Below the pieces are notes generated by a model that was not told where the DNA came from, made no database searches, and was given only the letters and a program-made list of their open reading frames with translations. From an uncultured delta proteobacterium (GTDB taxonomy: Bacteria; Myxococcota_A; UBA9160; SMWR01), in NCBI GenBank assembly GCA_963832165.1, contig CAWHTE010000004.1:192001-256000 (forward strand): a DNA stretch of 64,000 nucleotides. Direction: 5' to 3'. The position numbers and the translations under genes are program-made. Below, in pieces: positions 9,485 to 22,111 of this stretch. Position 1 is the stretch's first letter, and each line of letters begins with the position of its first letter.

Positions 9485-10888
9485 ATGAGCGCGCACAGCC
9501 ACGACCACGACCACGCGCACGACCACGATCACGGCGCGCACGACCACGACCACGATCACGGCGCGCACGATCACCGCCACGACCACGACTCGTCCGATCT
9601 CGACGTGGTCGCGAGCGAGGAGGGCCCGAGCCGGCGACGGATCGAGGTCACCGTTCCGCGGGCGCGTGTGCAGCGCGCGTACGATCGCGCGTATCGCGAC
9701 ATCGCGAAGAACGCGCGCGTGAAGGGCTTCCGCCCGGGCAAGGTGCCGCGCGCCGTGCTCGAGCGCATGTTCGGTCCGTCGCTCGGCGAGGAGATCGAGC
9801 GCGCGCTCGTGAACGAGACGCTCGGCGCGGCGCTCGCGAAGGCGGGCGTCGAGCCCGTGGCAACGCCCGCGGTCGACGCGACGCCGCCGCAGGCGGATCG
9901 CGATTTCCAGTACAAGGCGCTCGTCGAAGTGCGTCCTCCCATCGAGCTGCCCGCGCTCGAGGGACTGCCGGGCCGCCGCCCGGTCGTGCTGGTCGGCGAC
10001 GACGAGATCGAGCGCGAGATCGAGGAGCTGCGGCGCCGGAACGCGCCGCTGATCGAGGAGTCCGCGGGCACCTCCGCCGCGAACGGCCACATCCTCACGG
10101 TCGATTTCGTGGGCCGCGTCGATGGCGTCGCATTCGAGGGCGGGAGCGGACGCGACGTCGAGATCGAGCTCGGCGCGGGCCGCTTCATCCCGGGCTTCGA
10201 AGAGCAGCTGGTCGGCGCGGCAGCGGGCGACGATCGCGTGGTGAACGTGACCTTCCCCGAGCAATACGGCAACGCCGAGCTCGCGGGCAAGGCGGCCGTC
10301 TTCCAGGTGCACGTGGCCGAGGTAAAGCGGCGCGAGCTGCCCGCGCTCGACGACGAGTTCGCGAAGGACGTCGGCGAGTTCGAGACGTTAGGCGCGCTGC
10401 GCGACCGGATCCACCAGGATCTGCGCGAGTCGCGGGATCAGACAGCGCTCGGTGCGCTGCGTCGTTCGGTGCTCGGCGCGCTCGTCGATCGCGTCGCGTT
10501 CGATGTTCCGCCCGGTGCGACCGACGGCCAGCTCGAGCGGCGCCTGCGGCTCGCCGTGCAACAGCTCCATCAGGGCGTTCCCCACGACCTCCTTCACGCG
10601 CAGGTCGAGCGCTGGCGCGAGGAATGGCGGCCCGCCGCGGAGCGCGAGGTGAAGGAGCGCTGGCTGCTCGATGCGATCGCCGAGGCGCGCCAGCTCGCGG
10701 TCGAGGACGCCGCCATCGCGGAGCAGGTCGAGCGCATGGCGACCTCCCAAGGCGTCACGCCTGCGCAGCTGCGCGACCAGGTGGGTGCGGAGCTGCTCGA
10801 CGCGTCGGTCCGAGAGGACCTGCGCCGCGAGCGCGCGCTTGATTTCCTGGTCTCTACGGCTAAAGTCGAAGAAGTCACGGATACTTAG
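9485..10888 (+). CDS. tig: Trigger factor with His-rich N-terminal extension
   Basis: GFRPGKVP ribosome-binding motif, FKBP-like VDFVG..FEGG..LGAGRFIPGFEEQL, FPEQY..LAGK, LDDEFAK; upstream of clpP-clpX-lon. Confidence 0.95.
   Translation: MSAHSHDHDHAHDHDHGAHDHDHDHGAHDHRHDHDSSDLDVVASEEGPSRRRIEVTVPRARVQRAYDRAYRDIAKNARVKGFRPGKVPRAVLERMFGPSLGEEIERALVNETLGAALAKAGVEPVATPAVDATPPQADRDFQYKALVEVRPPIELPALEGLPGRRPVVLVGDDEIEREIEELRRRNAPLIEESAGTSAANGHILTVDFVGRVDGVAFEGGSGRDVEIELGAGRFIPGFEEQLVGAAAGDDRVVNVTFPEQYGNAELAGKAAVFQVHVAEVKRRELPALDDEFAKDVGEFETLGALRDRIHQDLRESRDQTALGALRRSVLGALVDRVAFDVPPGATDGQLERRLRLAVQQLHQGVPHDLLHAQVERWREEWRPAAEREVKERWLLDAIAEARQLAVEDAAIAEQVERMATSQGVTPAQLRDQVGAELLDASVREDLRRERALDFLVSTAKVEEVTDT
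9494..9589 (+). repeat. Low-complexity CACGAC/CACGATCACGGCGCG tandem repeats encoding the (HD)n/HGAH tract
   Basis: Repeated CACGAC units and two copies of CACGACCACGATCACGGCGCGCACGA. Confidence 0.8.
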
Positions 10889-11179
10889 AGCGACAGTTCA
10901 CGGCGGGTCCAGGATCGCTGCACCGGTTACCCCCTCCGGCCGGTGCCCTGGGCCTGGATCGGGTTTCAGGGTCCGAGAGGTCGCGCCCACCCCCTGGCGC
11001 GAACGGAGGCGATGCAGGGTGCCTGCGCGGCGCGGCCGCGCGCGGGTCCCGGGATCGGGATTGTGGAATTCACTGGAAACGCGGCGCCGCAGGGGTCCGG
11101 CCGGGGTACCTTCGAAGGCCGGAGTGCAACTCACCGATAAGCTAGACAGGGTCCTCGGGCGGCGAGACGGAGCATCCCA

Positions 11180-11818
11180 ATGTTGATTCCGATGGTGATC
11201 GAGCAGAGCTCCCGCGGTGAGCGCTCGTTCGACATCTATTCGCGCCTGCTGCGCGACCGGATCGTCTTCCTGGGCCAGGCGCATCGACGACGACGTCGCC
11301 AACCTCGTGATCGCCCAGCTGTTGTTTCTCGAGGCCGAAGATCCCGAGAAGGACATCTCGCTCTACATCAACTCGCCGGGCGGCTCGGTGACGTCCGGCC
11401 TCGCGATCTACGACACGATGCGTTACGTGCGGCCCGCGGTCGCCACGATCTGCCTGGGACAGGCGGCTTCGATGGCGGCCTGGCTGCTCGCTTCCGGCGC
11501 TAATGGGAAGCGTATGGCGCTGCCGAACTCGCGGATCATGATCCACCAGCCCATGGGGGGCGTGCAGGGACAGGCCTCCGACATCGAGATCCACGCGCGC
11601 GAGATCCTGAAGCTGCGCGAGCGCATGAACGAGATCCTGGCGGAGCACACCGGGAAGCCGCTCGCCCAAATCGCCGCGGACACCGAACGCGATTACCATA
11701 TGTCGGGAGAAGAGGCGCTGGCGTACGGGCTGGTCGACAAGGTCGTGCGCGAGCGGGAATCGGCGGGGCCGAATGGCCCGGCCGGCGCGAAGCACATCTC
11801 CGGGGGAGGCTCGAGGTC

Positions 11819-11822
<4 letters not shown>
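11180..11822 (+). CDS. clpP: ATP-dependent Clp protease proteolytic subunit (frameshift near 11278)
   Basis: [32 protein letters not shown] then [28 protein letters not shown] in the next frame. Confidence 0.95.
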
Positions 11823-13067
<1,245 letters not shown>

Positions 13068-13095
13068 CCCCGCTTCCACCGGCGAAGAGAGGACC

Positions 13096-15588
<2,493 letters not shown>

Positions 15589-15596
15589 CCGCCTCC

Positions 15597-15672
15597 GGGC
15601 GCGTAGCTCAGCTGGTAGAGCGCCTCGCTTACACCGAGGAAGTCGGCGGTTCGAGCCCGTCCGCGCCCACCA
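15597..15672 (+). tRNA. tRNA-Val(TAC)
   Basis: Acceptor GGGCGCG/CGCGCCC, anticodon arm CCTCG-CT-TAC-AC-CGAGG, CCA. Confidence 0.97.
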
Positions 15673-16134
15673 TCAGTTCTCCGGGATGTCGCGGTCCAGC
15701 ACGGTGCGGCGGCCTTCGCGCTGGGCGCTGCGGATCGCCTGATCACAGACGCGGCGCACGATCTCGGAGAGCGGGCCGAGCACGCGGTCGGAGGTGTTGT
15801 AGCCGGACTTCGCGCGGATGTAGTCCTTGAGCCGGGTCGTGATGATCAGCACGTCGTCGGTCCCGGGCGCAGGCGCTGCGGGCGCGCTGCCGGACCGCAC
15901 GATTCTGCGCTGTCCGGTGCGCTCGGGGCCGGACTCCTCGCGAGCGGGCGCAACGCGCTCCTCGGCCCAGGCCTCGCGGTGACGCGCGACCGGCAGGTGC
16001 GCGTCCCAGCAGCTCACGGTGCAGAACGCGAGGCCCGTGCGCTTCTGGTTGCACGTGGACACGCTGCAGACCCAGTAGGTGGCCCCGAATCCGATCGGGT
16101 TCTTGCACGCGCTGCAGCGCCGCCAATCCGCCAT
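15673..16134 (-). CDS. Zinc-finger (ZZ-like) + bacterial histone-fold fusion protein, 153 aa
   Basis: SD GAGGGAGG before ATG at 16134; N-term C7,C10,C23,C28,C38,C42,H46,H52; C-term [22 protein letters not shown]...[14 protein letters not shown] with the histone RxTV..D motif. Confidence 0.85.
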   Translation of the reverse strand: MADWRRCSACKNPIGFGATYWVCSVSTCNQKRTGLAFCTVSCWDAHLPVARHREAWAEERVAPAREESGPERTGQRRIVRSGSAPAAPAPGTDDVLIITTRLKDYIRAKSGYNTSDRVLGPLSEIVRRVCDQAIRSAQREGRRTVLDRDIPEN

Positions 16135-16227
16135 GTCACCTCCCTCGAAGCGCGAAAAACCTACCGCGCTTGAGGTCCGGCCGCGCCTCTGAGAAGATCG
16201 CGGCTGCGCCTGCGCCAGAGGGGCCCC

Positions 16228-17475
16228 ATGTCGGCAGACCTCGCCACACTCGACATCATCAGCAACGACACCTACGCGCAGAACGGATATCCGCACGACG
16301 CCTGGGCGCGCCTGCGCCGCGAGGATCCGATCCACTGGAACGACCGCAACATCATCAATCCGTTCTGGGCGGTCACGAAGCACGCGGACATCGTCTGGAT
16401 CTCGAAGCAGCCCGAGCGATTCCTGAACGGCCCGCGCCTCGCAGCGTTTCCCGAGTTCACGCCTCCCGAGGGCACTGGGCCCGTGGTGGTGCGCCACCTG
16501 CTCAACATGGATCCGCCCGACCACGCGCTGTTCCGCAAGCTCGCGAGCCACCGGTTCACGCCGCGCGGGCTCGAGCGGATGCGCCGTGACATCGATCAGA
16601 TCACTCGCGACCTGCTCGACGAGATGATGGGCGACGGCGGAGCCCAGCAGGGCGACTTCGTGGAGCGCCTTTCGGGCCCGCTGCCGCTCCAGGTGCTCGC
16701 AGAGCTCCTCGGCGTTCCGCGCGACATGTGGCCGACGATGTTCGACTGGACCAATCGTGTGATCGGCTCGGCAGACCCCGAGTACCAGCAAGCCGGCGAC
16801 GACGCATTCCGCACCGCGCAGAAGGCGCGGCTGTCGCTGTTCGGATACTTCGCCGAGATGGCGCGCGAGCGCCGAGCCAAGCCGACCGACGACATCGTGA
16901 GTCTGGTCGCCAACGCGCAGCTCGACGGCAATGCGCTGCCCGAGCGCGAGCTGCTCTCGTTCTATTTCCTGCTCGTCGTCGCGGGCAACGAGACCACGCG
17001 CAACGCGATGACGGGCGGCCTGCTCGCGTTCCTCGAGCATCCCGAGCAGTGGGATCGCCTGCGTCGCGAACCGGCGCGGTTGGACACGGCCGTCGAAGAG
17101 ATCGTGCGCTGGACGACGCCGGTGATCCAGTTCTGCCGCACCGCGACCGAGGACGTCGAGATCCGCGACAAGAAGATCCGCCGCGGCGAGAACCTGTGTC
17201 TGTTCTATCCCTCGGCGAACCGCGACGAGGAGGTGTTCGACGATCCGTTCTCGTTCCGGATCGACCGCAAGCCGAACCGCCACCTCGCGTTCGGGATCGG
17301 CGAGCACTTCTGCCTCGGCGCGAATCTCGCGCGGCTCGAGCTGCGTGTGGTGTTCCGCCATCTCGCCGCGCGACTCGCGGAATGCGAGCTCGCCGGGCCG
17401 ATCGAGCGGCTGCGCTCGAGCTTCGTGGGTGGGATCAAGCGCATGCCGATCCGGTATCGGCTCACAGGGGCCTAG
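16228..17475 (+). CDS. Cytochrome P450 (CYP125/CYP142-like)
   Basis: LLNMDPPDH, AGNETTRN, EEIVR, YPSANRDE, AFGIGEHFCLG heme motif. Confidence 0.93.
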   Translation: MSADLATLDIISNDTYAQNGYPHDAWARLRREDPIHWNDRNIINPFWAVTKHADIVWISKQPERFLNGPRLAAFPEFTPPEGTGPVVVRHLLNMDPPDHALFRKLASHRFTPRGLERMRRDIDQITRDLLDEMMGDGGAQQGDFVERLSGPLPLQVLAELLGVPRDMWPTMFDWTNRVIGSADPEYQQAGDDAFRTAQKARLSLFGYFAEMARERRAKPTDDIVSLVANAQLDGNALPERELLSFYFLLVVAGNETTRNAMTGGLLAFLEHPEQWDRLRREPARLDTAVEEIVRWTTPVIQFCRTATEDVEIRDKKIRRGENLCLFYPSANRDEEVFDDPFSFRIDRKPNRHLAFGIGEHFCLGANLARLELRVVFRHLAARLAECELAGPIERLRSSFVGGIKRMPIRYRLTGA

Positions 17476-17490
17476 CGCGGCGCGTCCGTC

Positions 17491-17904
17491 CTACAGGAAA
17501 TCGAGCGAATCCTCGCTCACCACGCGCCGGTAGTAGCACGCGGGTCGCGCGCGGCCGTCCGGGCCGGTCGTGTGGCAGGCGCTGCCCGTGCGCGGGACCA
17601 CCCTGTAGAGCAGCGAGTTCTGCTCGCAGTTGACGCGCACTTCGACGATGTCGAGCACGTCGCCCGAGGTGGCGCCCTTGTGCCAGAGCTCGTCGCGCGA
17701 AGTCGACCAGAGCACCGCCTCGCGGCGCCGCAGCGTCTCGCGCAGCGCCTCGCGGTTGGCGTAGCCCACGAATAGCACCGCGCCGGTCTCGGCGTGTTGC
17801 AGCACCACCGGCACCACCTGTTGACCGCGCATCCCGATCCGGCCGAGCTTGTCGAACTCGAGCGTGAGGCGCGTTCCCTCTTCCAGCTCGCGGGCGTCGC
17901 CCAT
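17491..17904 (-). CDS. hisI: Phosphoribosyl-AMP cyclohydrolase
   Basis: WSTSRDELWHKGATSG, NCEQNSL, ACHT..CYYR. Confidence 0.9.
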   Translation of the reverse strand: MGDARELEEGTRLTLEFDKLGRIGMRGQQVVPVVLQHAETGAVLFVGYANREALRETLRRREAVLWSTSRDELWHKGATSGDVLDIVEVRVNCEQNSLLYRVVPRTGSACHTTGPDGRARPACYYRRVVSEDSLDFL

Positions 17905-17987
17905 GGCCGCTCCTCGTGTGGCCGCCGAGGATAGGTCACGCTGGGGTAGACTCCGCGCTCGCTGCGTTCTCTTCGCATGGAGTGCTG

Positions 17988-18647
17988 ATGCCCGAGTTCC
18001 CGCGCGCGCCGGTGTCCCCGGCGGAGTTGATCGAGAAGTATCTGCCCGCGGCGTTTGCGGAGTCGAATCGGCCCGAGGCCGCGGCGAGCGTGGCCGTGGC
18101 GCTGGGCGTGCAGCTCGTCGGTGATGGCGGCGGCGAGTGGGTGTTCGAGCTCTCCGGAGGCGACGTGCGCGTGCGCGCGGGATCGCGCGCCGAGACCGCC
18201 TTCAGCTACGTACAGAGCGTCGACGATTGGCGCGGAGCGCTCTGGGAGGGCCGCGGTGGCGCGGTGGGCCGCGGCACCGCCGCGCTGTTCCACCCCGGTG
18301 CGCCCGAAGTCGAGGCCGCGGTCGGAATGGTCGGTGCGGGGATTCCGGCTGCGCTCCAGGCGCTCAGCCCGCTGCGCGGGCTGTTGCGTGTGGTCGTCAC
18401 CGATCCCACGGGCGACTGGCGCGTCGGCCTCCAGCTCGGACCCGGGGAGATCCCGAGCCAGCCCACCACCGAGGTGAGCGTGTCGGCCGCCGATGCGGAT
18501 CAGATGCTGTTGGGGAAGCTCCAGCCGATCGAGGCGTTCATGGCCGGTCGCATCCGCATCCTGGGCGACATGAGCCTCGTCCTCCAGATCCAGGCCGCGC
18601 AGATGCAGGCCGCGGGAGCGTTCGCACGCGGCGGCCGGAGCAGCTGA
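17988..18647 (+). CDS. SCP2 sterol-carrier domain protein (tandem SCP2-like)
   Basis: GDGGGEWVF; C-term LLGKLQPIEAFMAGRIRILGDMSLVLQI typical of SCP2. Confidence 0.75.
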   Translation: MPEFPRAPVSPAELIEKYLPAAFAESNRPEAAASVAVALGVQLVGDGGGEWVFELSGGDVRVRAGSRAETAFSYVQSVDDWRGALWEGRGGAVGRGTAALFHPGAPEVEAAVGMVGAGIPAALQALSPLRGLLRVVVTDPTGDWRVGLQLGPGEIPSQPTTEVSVSAADADQMLLGKLQPIEAFMAGRIRILGDMSLVLQIQAAQMQAAGAFARGGRSS

Positions 18648-18759
18648 GGCGGCTCCGCGCCCCTGTCTTCGCGGGCGCCATTTTGCTAATCGGACCCGCG
18701 TGTCGGAGAATCCCGGCGCTGCGCGCGGTGATCGTCACTGCGCGCACAACGAAGGAATT

Positions 18760-18836
18760 GGGGCGGTAGTTCAATCGGTTAGAGCACCGGCCTGTCACGC
18801 CGGAAGTTGCGGGTTCGAGTCCCGTCCGCCCCGCCA
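18760..18836 (+). tRNA. tRNA-Asp(GTC)
   Basis: Acceptor GGGGCGG/CCGCCCC, anticodon arm CCGGC-CT-GTC-AC-GCCGG, CCA. Confidence 0.97.
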
Positions 18837-18873
18837 TTCCCACTGGCTGCCACCCATCCAACAAAAGGAATCC

Positions 18874-20007
18874 ATGCGCAGAACAGCACTCGGAGTTTCG
18901 ATCGTTTCGTGTGTCTTCGCGCTTGCATGCGCGACCCCGGTCGTGAAACCCGTCGATGTCCAGCCGGTCACGCCTGGCCCCGGCGAGACCGTTGCGGTCG
19001 ACCAGTCGATCGTGATCGCCGACGTCTCGGGATCGATCGGTCGCAGGGACAATTTCCCGGGTGAGAAGGCGCTGGTCCAGTCGCTCGTGTCGTCGATGCC
19101 GGCGGGCAAGTACGAAGCGAGCGCGATCGCGTTCGGCGGCGTCAAGCGCGAGGTGCATCCGCTCGCGGCGTTCGATCGCGCGGGACTGGCCGATCACGCG
19201 GGCGACATCACCTACCTCAGCGAGGGCACGCCGCTCCATCAGGTGATTGCGGAGGCGGGCGCTTCGCTCAAGGGCAAGAGCGATCACGCCGCGATCACGG
19301 TGATCTCCGACGGCCATCCCACCGACGTCGTCGGCCGCCTGGTGGCGCAGGAGCTCACGCTCGATGCCGCGAAGGCGGTCGCGAAGGGCTATCAGGGGAA
19401 GGTCTGCTTCCACACGATCCAGGTCGGCTCCGATGGGGATGGCGCCGAGTTCCTGAAGAAGCTCTCGAACACGACCGACTGCGGGTCGCATCGCGCGGCG
19501 AGCTCGCTCCAGACCGCGGCGGCGATCCAGGGCTTCCAGCGCGACGTCTATTTCGCGAGCGCGCCCGTGGCGAGAGCTGCAGTGGACGGCGACGACGATG
19601 AAGACGGCGTGCTCAACAGCAAGGACCGGTGCCCGAACACTCCGAAGCTCGTGAGAGTGGATGACCGCGGGTGCTGGGCTTCGAGGGACGTGTACTTCGA
19701 GACGAACAGCGCCGAAATCGACGAAAACTCCAAGGAGCTGCTCCGGACGCTCGGCGTGGCGGTGCTCAAGGCGAACCCCGATCTGCGCGTTCGCGTCGAC
19801 GGGCATACCGACGCGCGCGGCAGCGACGCCTACAACCAGCAGCTCTCGGAGAAGCGCGCGGCGGCGGTGCGGAAGTTCTTCATCGACGAGGGGATCGACG
19901 GGGGTCGCCTCGAATCGCGCGGCTTCGGCGAGTCCTCGCCGGCCGCCCCGAACGACACCCCCGAGAACATGCGTCTGAATCGGCGCGTCGAGTTCACGCC
20001 GCTCTAG
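18874..20007 (+). CDS. Lipoprotein with VWA domain, TSP3-like Ca-binding linker and OmpA C-terminal peptidoglycan-binding domain
   Basis: Lipobox LAC; DVSGS MIDAS, GTPL, ISDG; DDDEDGVLNSKDRCPNTP; GHTDARGSDAYNQQLSEKRA, NRRVEF. Confidence 0.88.
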   Translation: MRRTALGVSIVSCVFALACATPVVKPVDVQPVTPGPGETVAVDQSIVIADVSGSIGRRDNFPGEKALVQSLVSSMPAGKYEASAIAFGGVKREVHPLAAFDRAGLADHAGDITYLSEGTPLHQVIAEAGASLKGKSDHAAITVISDGHPTDVVGRLVAQELTLDAAKAVAKGYQGKVCFHTIQVGSDGDGAEFLKKLSNTTDCGSHRAASSLQTAAAIQGFQRDVYFASAPVARAAVDGDDDEDGVLNSKDRCPNTPKLVRVDDRGCWASRDVYFETNSAEIDENSKELLRTLGVAVLKANPDLRVRVDGHTDARGSDAYNQQLSEKRAAAVRKFFIDEGIDGGRLESRGFGESSPAAPNDTPENMRLNRRVEFTPL

Positions 20008-20016
20008 GCGCGGGGA

Positions 20017-20748
20017 GTGCAGATCGCGCTGCGATCCCCGCTGCGAGCGTGGATCCTCGTGACCGCAGCCGGCGTCGGCTTTGCCGTCGCCGGCTGCGCT
20101 GCGCTCGGCCAGAGGCCTGCGTCCGGAGTGTTCGCGCCTGCGCCCAGCGAGGCCACTGCCTCGGCCGGTCTCCGGGAAGCGCTCCAGTTCAGCGCCGAGC
20201 GCGGCGTGTCGCGCGCGGCGCACGCGGGTTCATTCCTCGATGATCCGCGCGTGCGCATTCCGCTGCCCCCTGAGCTCGAGAAGCTGGGGCGCGGACTGCG
20301 CGAGATCGGCTTCCACAGCGCCGTGGACGATCTCGAGGTGGCGATGAATCGCGCCGCCGAACGCGCCGTGCGCGAGGCGCAGGAGCCGCTGGCCGCCGCG
20401 GTCGTCCGACTCCAGATCGCGGACGCGCGCGCGATCCTGTCCGGCCCCGGCGACGCGGGCACGCAGTTCCTGCGCCGCGAGAGCGAGCCCGCGCTGCGCA
20501 AGCGCTTCGAGCCCGTGATCGAAGCCGCCATGCGCAGTGCGGGCGTCCCCCAGGCCTACCAGCAGATCTTGTCGCGCAACCGCGCGCTCGTGCGGATGCG
20601 CCTGCCCACCGTCGACATGAACCGCTATGTCACGGCCGAGACGCTCGACGGGCTGTTCACGTTGATCGGTGACGAGGAGCGGCGCATCCGAAACGATCCC
20701 ACCGCACGCACCACCGATCTCCTGCGCGCCGTGTTTGGCGAGCCCTAA
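20017..20748 (+). CDS. DUF4197-family lipoprotein
   Basis: AGLREAL, VRIPLP, MNRAAERAV, GLFTLIGDEERRIRNDPTARTTDLLRAVFG. Confidence 0.85.
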   Translation: MQIALRSPLRAWILVTAAGVGFAVAGCAALGQRPASGVFAPAPSEATASAGLREALQFSAERGVSRAAHAGSFLDDPRVRIPLPPELEKLGRGLREIGFHSAVDDLEVAMNRAAERAVREAQEPLAAAVVRLQIADARAILSGPGDAGTQFLRRESEPALRKRFEPVIEAAMRSAGVPQAYQQILSRNRALVRMRLPTVDMNRYVTAETLDGLFTLIGDEERRIRNDPTARTTDLLRAVFGEP

Positions 20749-20810
20749 CGATCGCACGGCGGCGCGAATTTGATACAGTGCGACTGCACTAACAAGTGGG
20801 AGGTCGCGCG

Positions 20811-21200
20811 ATGGGTATGCTTCAGGAGTTCAAGGAGTTCGCGCTTCGCGGGAACGTCGTCGACATGGCCGTGGGTGTGGTGATCGGCGGCGCGTTCGGA
20901 AAGATCGTCTCTTCGTTCACGAACGACCTGTTGATGCCCCCGCTCGGGATGCTCACGGGCGGGATGGATTTCTCGGAGCTGGCCTGGAAGCTCAACGAGC
21001 CGCTCGGAGACGTTCCCGCGGTGGCCGTGAAGTACGGCACGTTCGTCAACGTCGTGATCGACTTCGCGATCGTGGCGTTCGCGATCTTCCTGCTCGTGAA
21101 GGCGATGAACACGCTGATCAAGAAGGAGCCGCCGCCGGCTGCTGCGCCCTCACGCGAAGAGGTGCTGCTCACCGAGATTCGCGACGCACTGCGTCGTTGA
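20811..21200 (+). CDS. mscL: Large-conductance mechanosensitive channel
   Basis: [39 protein letters not shown]. Confidence 0.96.
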   Translation: MGMLQEFKEFALRGNVVDMAVGVVIGGAFGKIVSSFTNDLLMPPLGMLTGGMDFSELAWKLNEPLGDVPAVAVKYGTFVNVVIDFAIVAFAIFLLVKAMNTLIKKEPPPAAAPSREEVLLTEIRDALRR

Positions 21201-21209
21201 GGTGTTTCG

Positions 21210-22094
21210 ATGCGTTGGCAACGGCGCGGGCGCAGCGAGAACCTCGAAGACCGGCGCGGTGAAGGCCCCGACCTCGAACGCGCCCCGATGCGCTTCCCGC
21301 TGCCAGCGGGCCGTGGCGGCCGGATGGGGCTCGGGAGCGCGGTCGCACTGATCGCCGTGATGTGGTTGCTGGGCGTCGATCCGATCGAACTGCTCGGCGG
21401 TGCCGGCACGAGCCTGGGGGTCGATCCCGACCAGGCGTTCCCCGCGCCCGGCGCGGCGTCCGGCGAATTTCGCGCGAGCCCCGAGGAGGAGGATCTCGTC
21501 CAGTTCGTCTCGTTCGTGCTCGACGATCTGCAGAGCACGTGGAAGCAGCTGCTGCCCGGCTACCGCGATGCGCGTCTCGTGTTGTTCCGCGACGCAACGC
21601 ATTCCGCGTGCGGCACCGGTCAGAGCGAGATGGGGCCCTTCTACTGCCCGGGCGACCAGAAGGTGTACATCGATCTGTCGTTCTACGGCGAGCTGCGCCA
21701 GCGCTTCGGTGCGCCCGGCGACTTCGCGCAGGCTTATGTGCTCGCACACGAGGTTGGCCACCACATCCAGCGGCTCACGGGCGTCGAAGAGCGCGTGCGC
21801 AGCCAGCAGCGCGCCGATCGCGCGAGTGCAAACGATCTCTCGGTTCGGTTGGAGCTCCAGGCGGACTGCTTCGCAGGGGTCTGGGGCCATCACGCGGCGC
21901 TCCGCAACGTGCTGGAGCCCGGCGACGTCGAGGAAGGCCTACGCGCAGCGGGGGCGATCGGCGACGACCGGATCCAGGAGATGTCCGGTCGCGGCGTGCA
22001 TCCCGAGTCGTTCACGCACGGTTCCTCGGAGCAGCGCACGCAGTGGCTGCGCCGCGGACTCGAGAGCGGCAATCCGGAAGTCTGCGACACCTGA
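21210..22094 (+). CDS. YpfJ-like neutral zinc metallopeptidase
   Basis: RSENLEDRR, GPFYCPGD, AHEVGHH, ELQADCFAG, FTHGSSEQR. Confidence 0.92.
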   Translation: MRWQRRGRSENLEDRRGEGPDLERAPMRFPLPAGRGGRMGLGSAVALIAVMWLLGVDPIELLGGAGTSLGVDPDQAFPAPGAASGEFRASPEEEDLVQFVSFVLDDLQSTWKQLLPGYRDARLVLFRDATHSACGTGQSEMGPFYCPGDQKVYIDLSFYGELRQRFGAPGDFAQAYVLAHEVGHHIQRLTGVEERVRSQQRADRASANDLSVRLELQADCFAGVWGHHAALRNVLEPGDVEEGLRAAGAIGDDRIQEMSGRGVHPESFTHGSSEQRTQWLRRGLESGNPEVCDT

Positions 22095-22111
22095 CGAGCA
22101 GGGGAGCGCGC

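Noticed and set aside
9494..9589. Tandem repeats as a possible CRISPR array
   Set aside because: Short codon-level repeats with no spacers, in frame in tig; no cas genes or repeat-spacer arrays seen in the window
16135..17361. Upstream 409 codons of minus-strand ORF 15673..17361
   Set aside because: Antisense shadow of the P450; the credible gene starts at the SD-preceded ATG at 16134
15597..18836. att-like duplications of the tRNA-Val(TAC), tRNA-Asp or tRNA-Leu 3' ends
   Set aside because: No matching downstream repeats found by eye; a computational search could still reveal short ones
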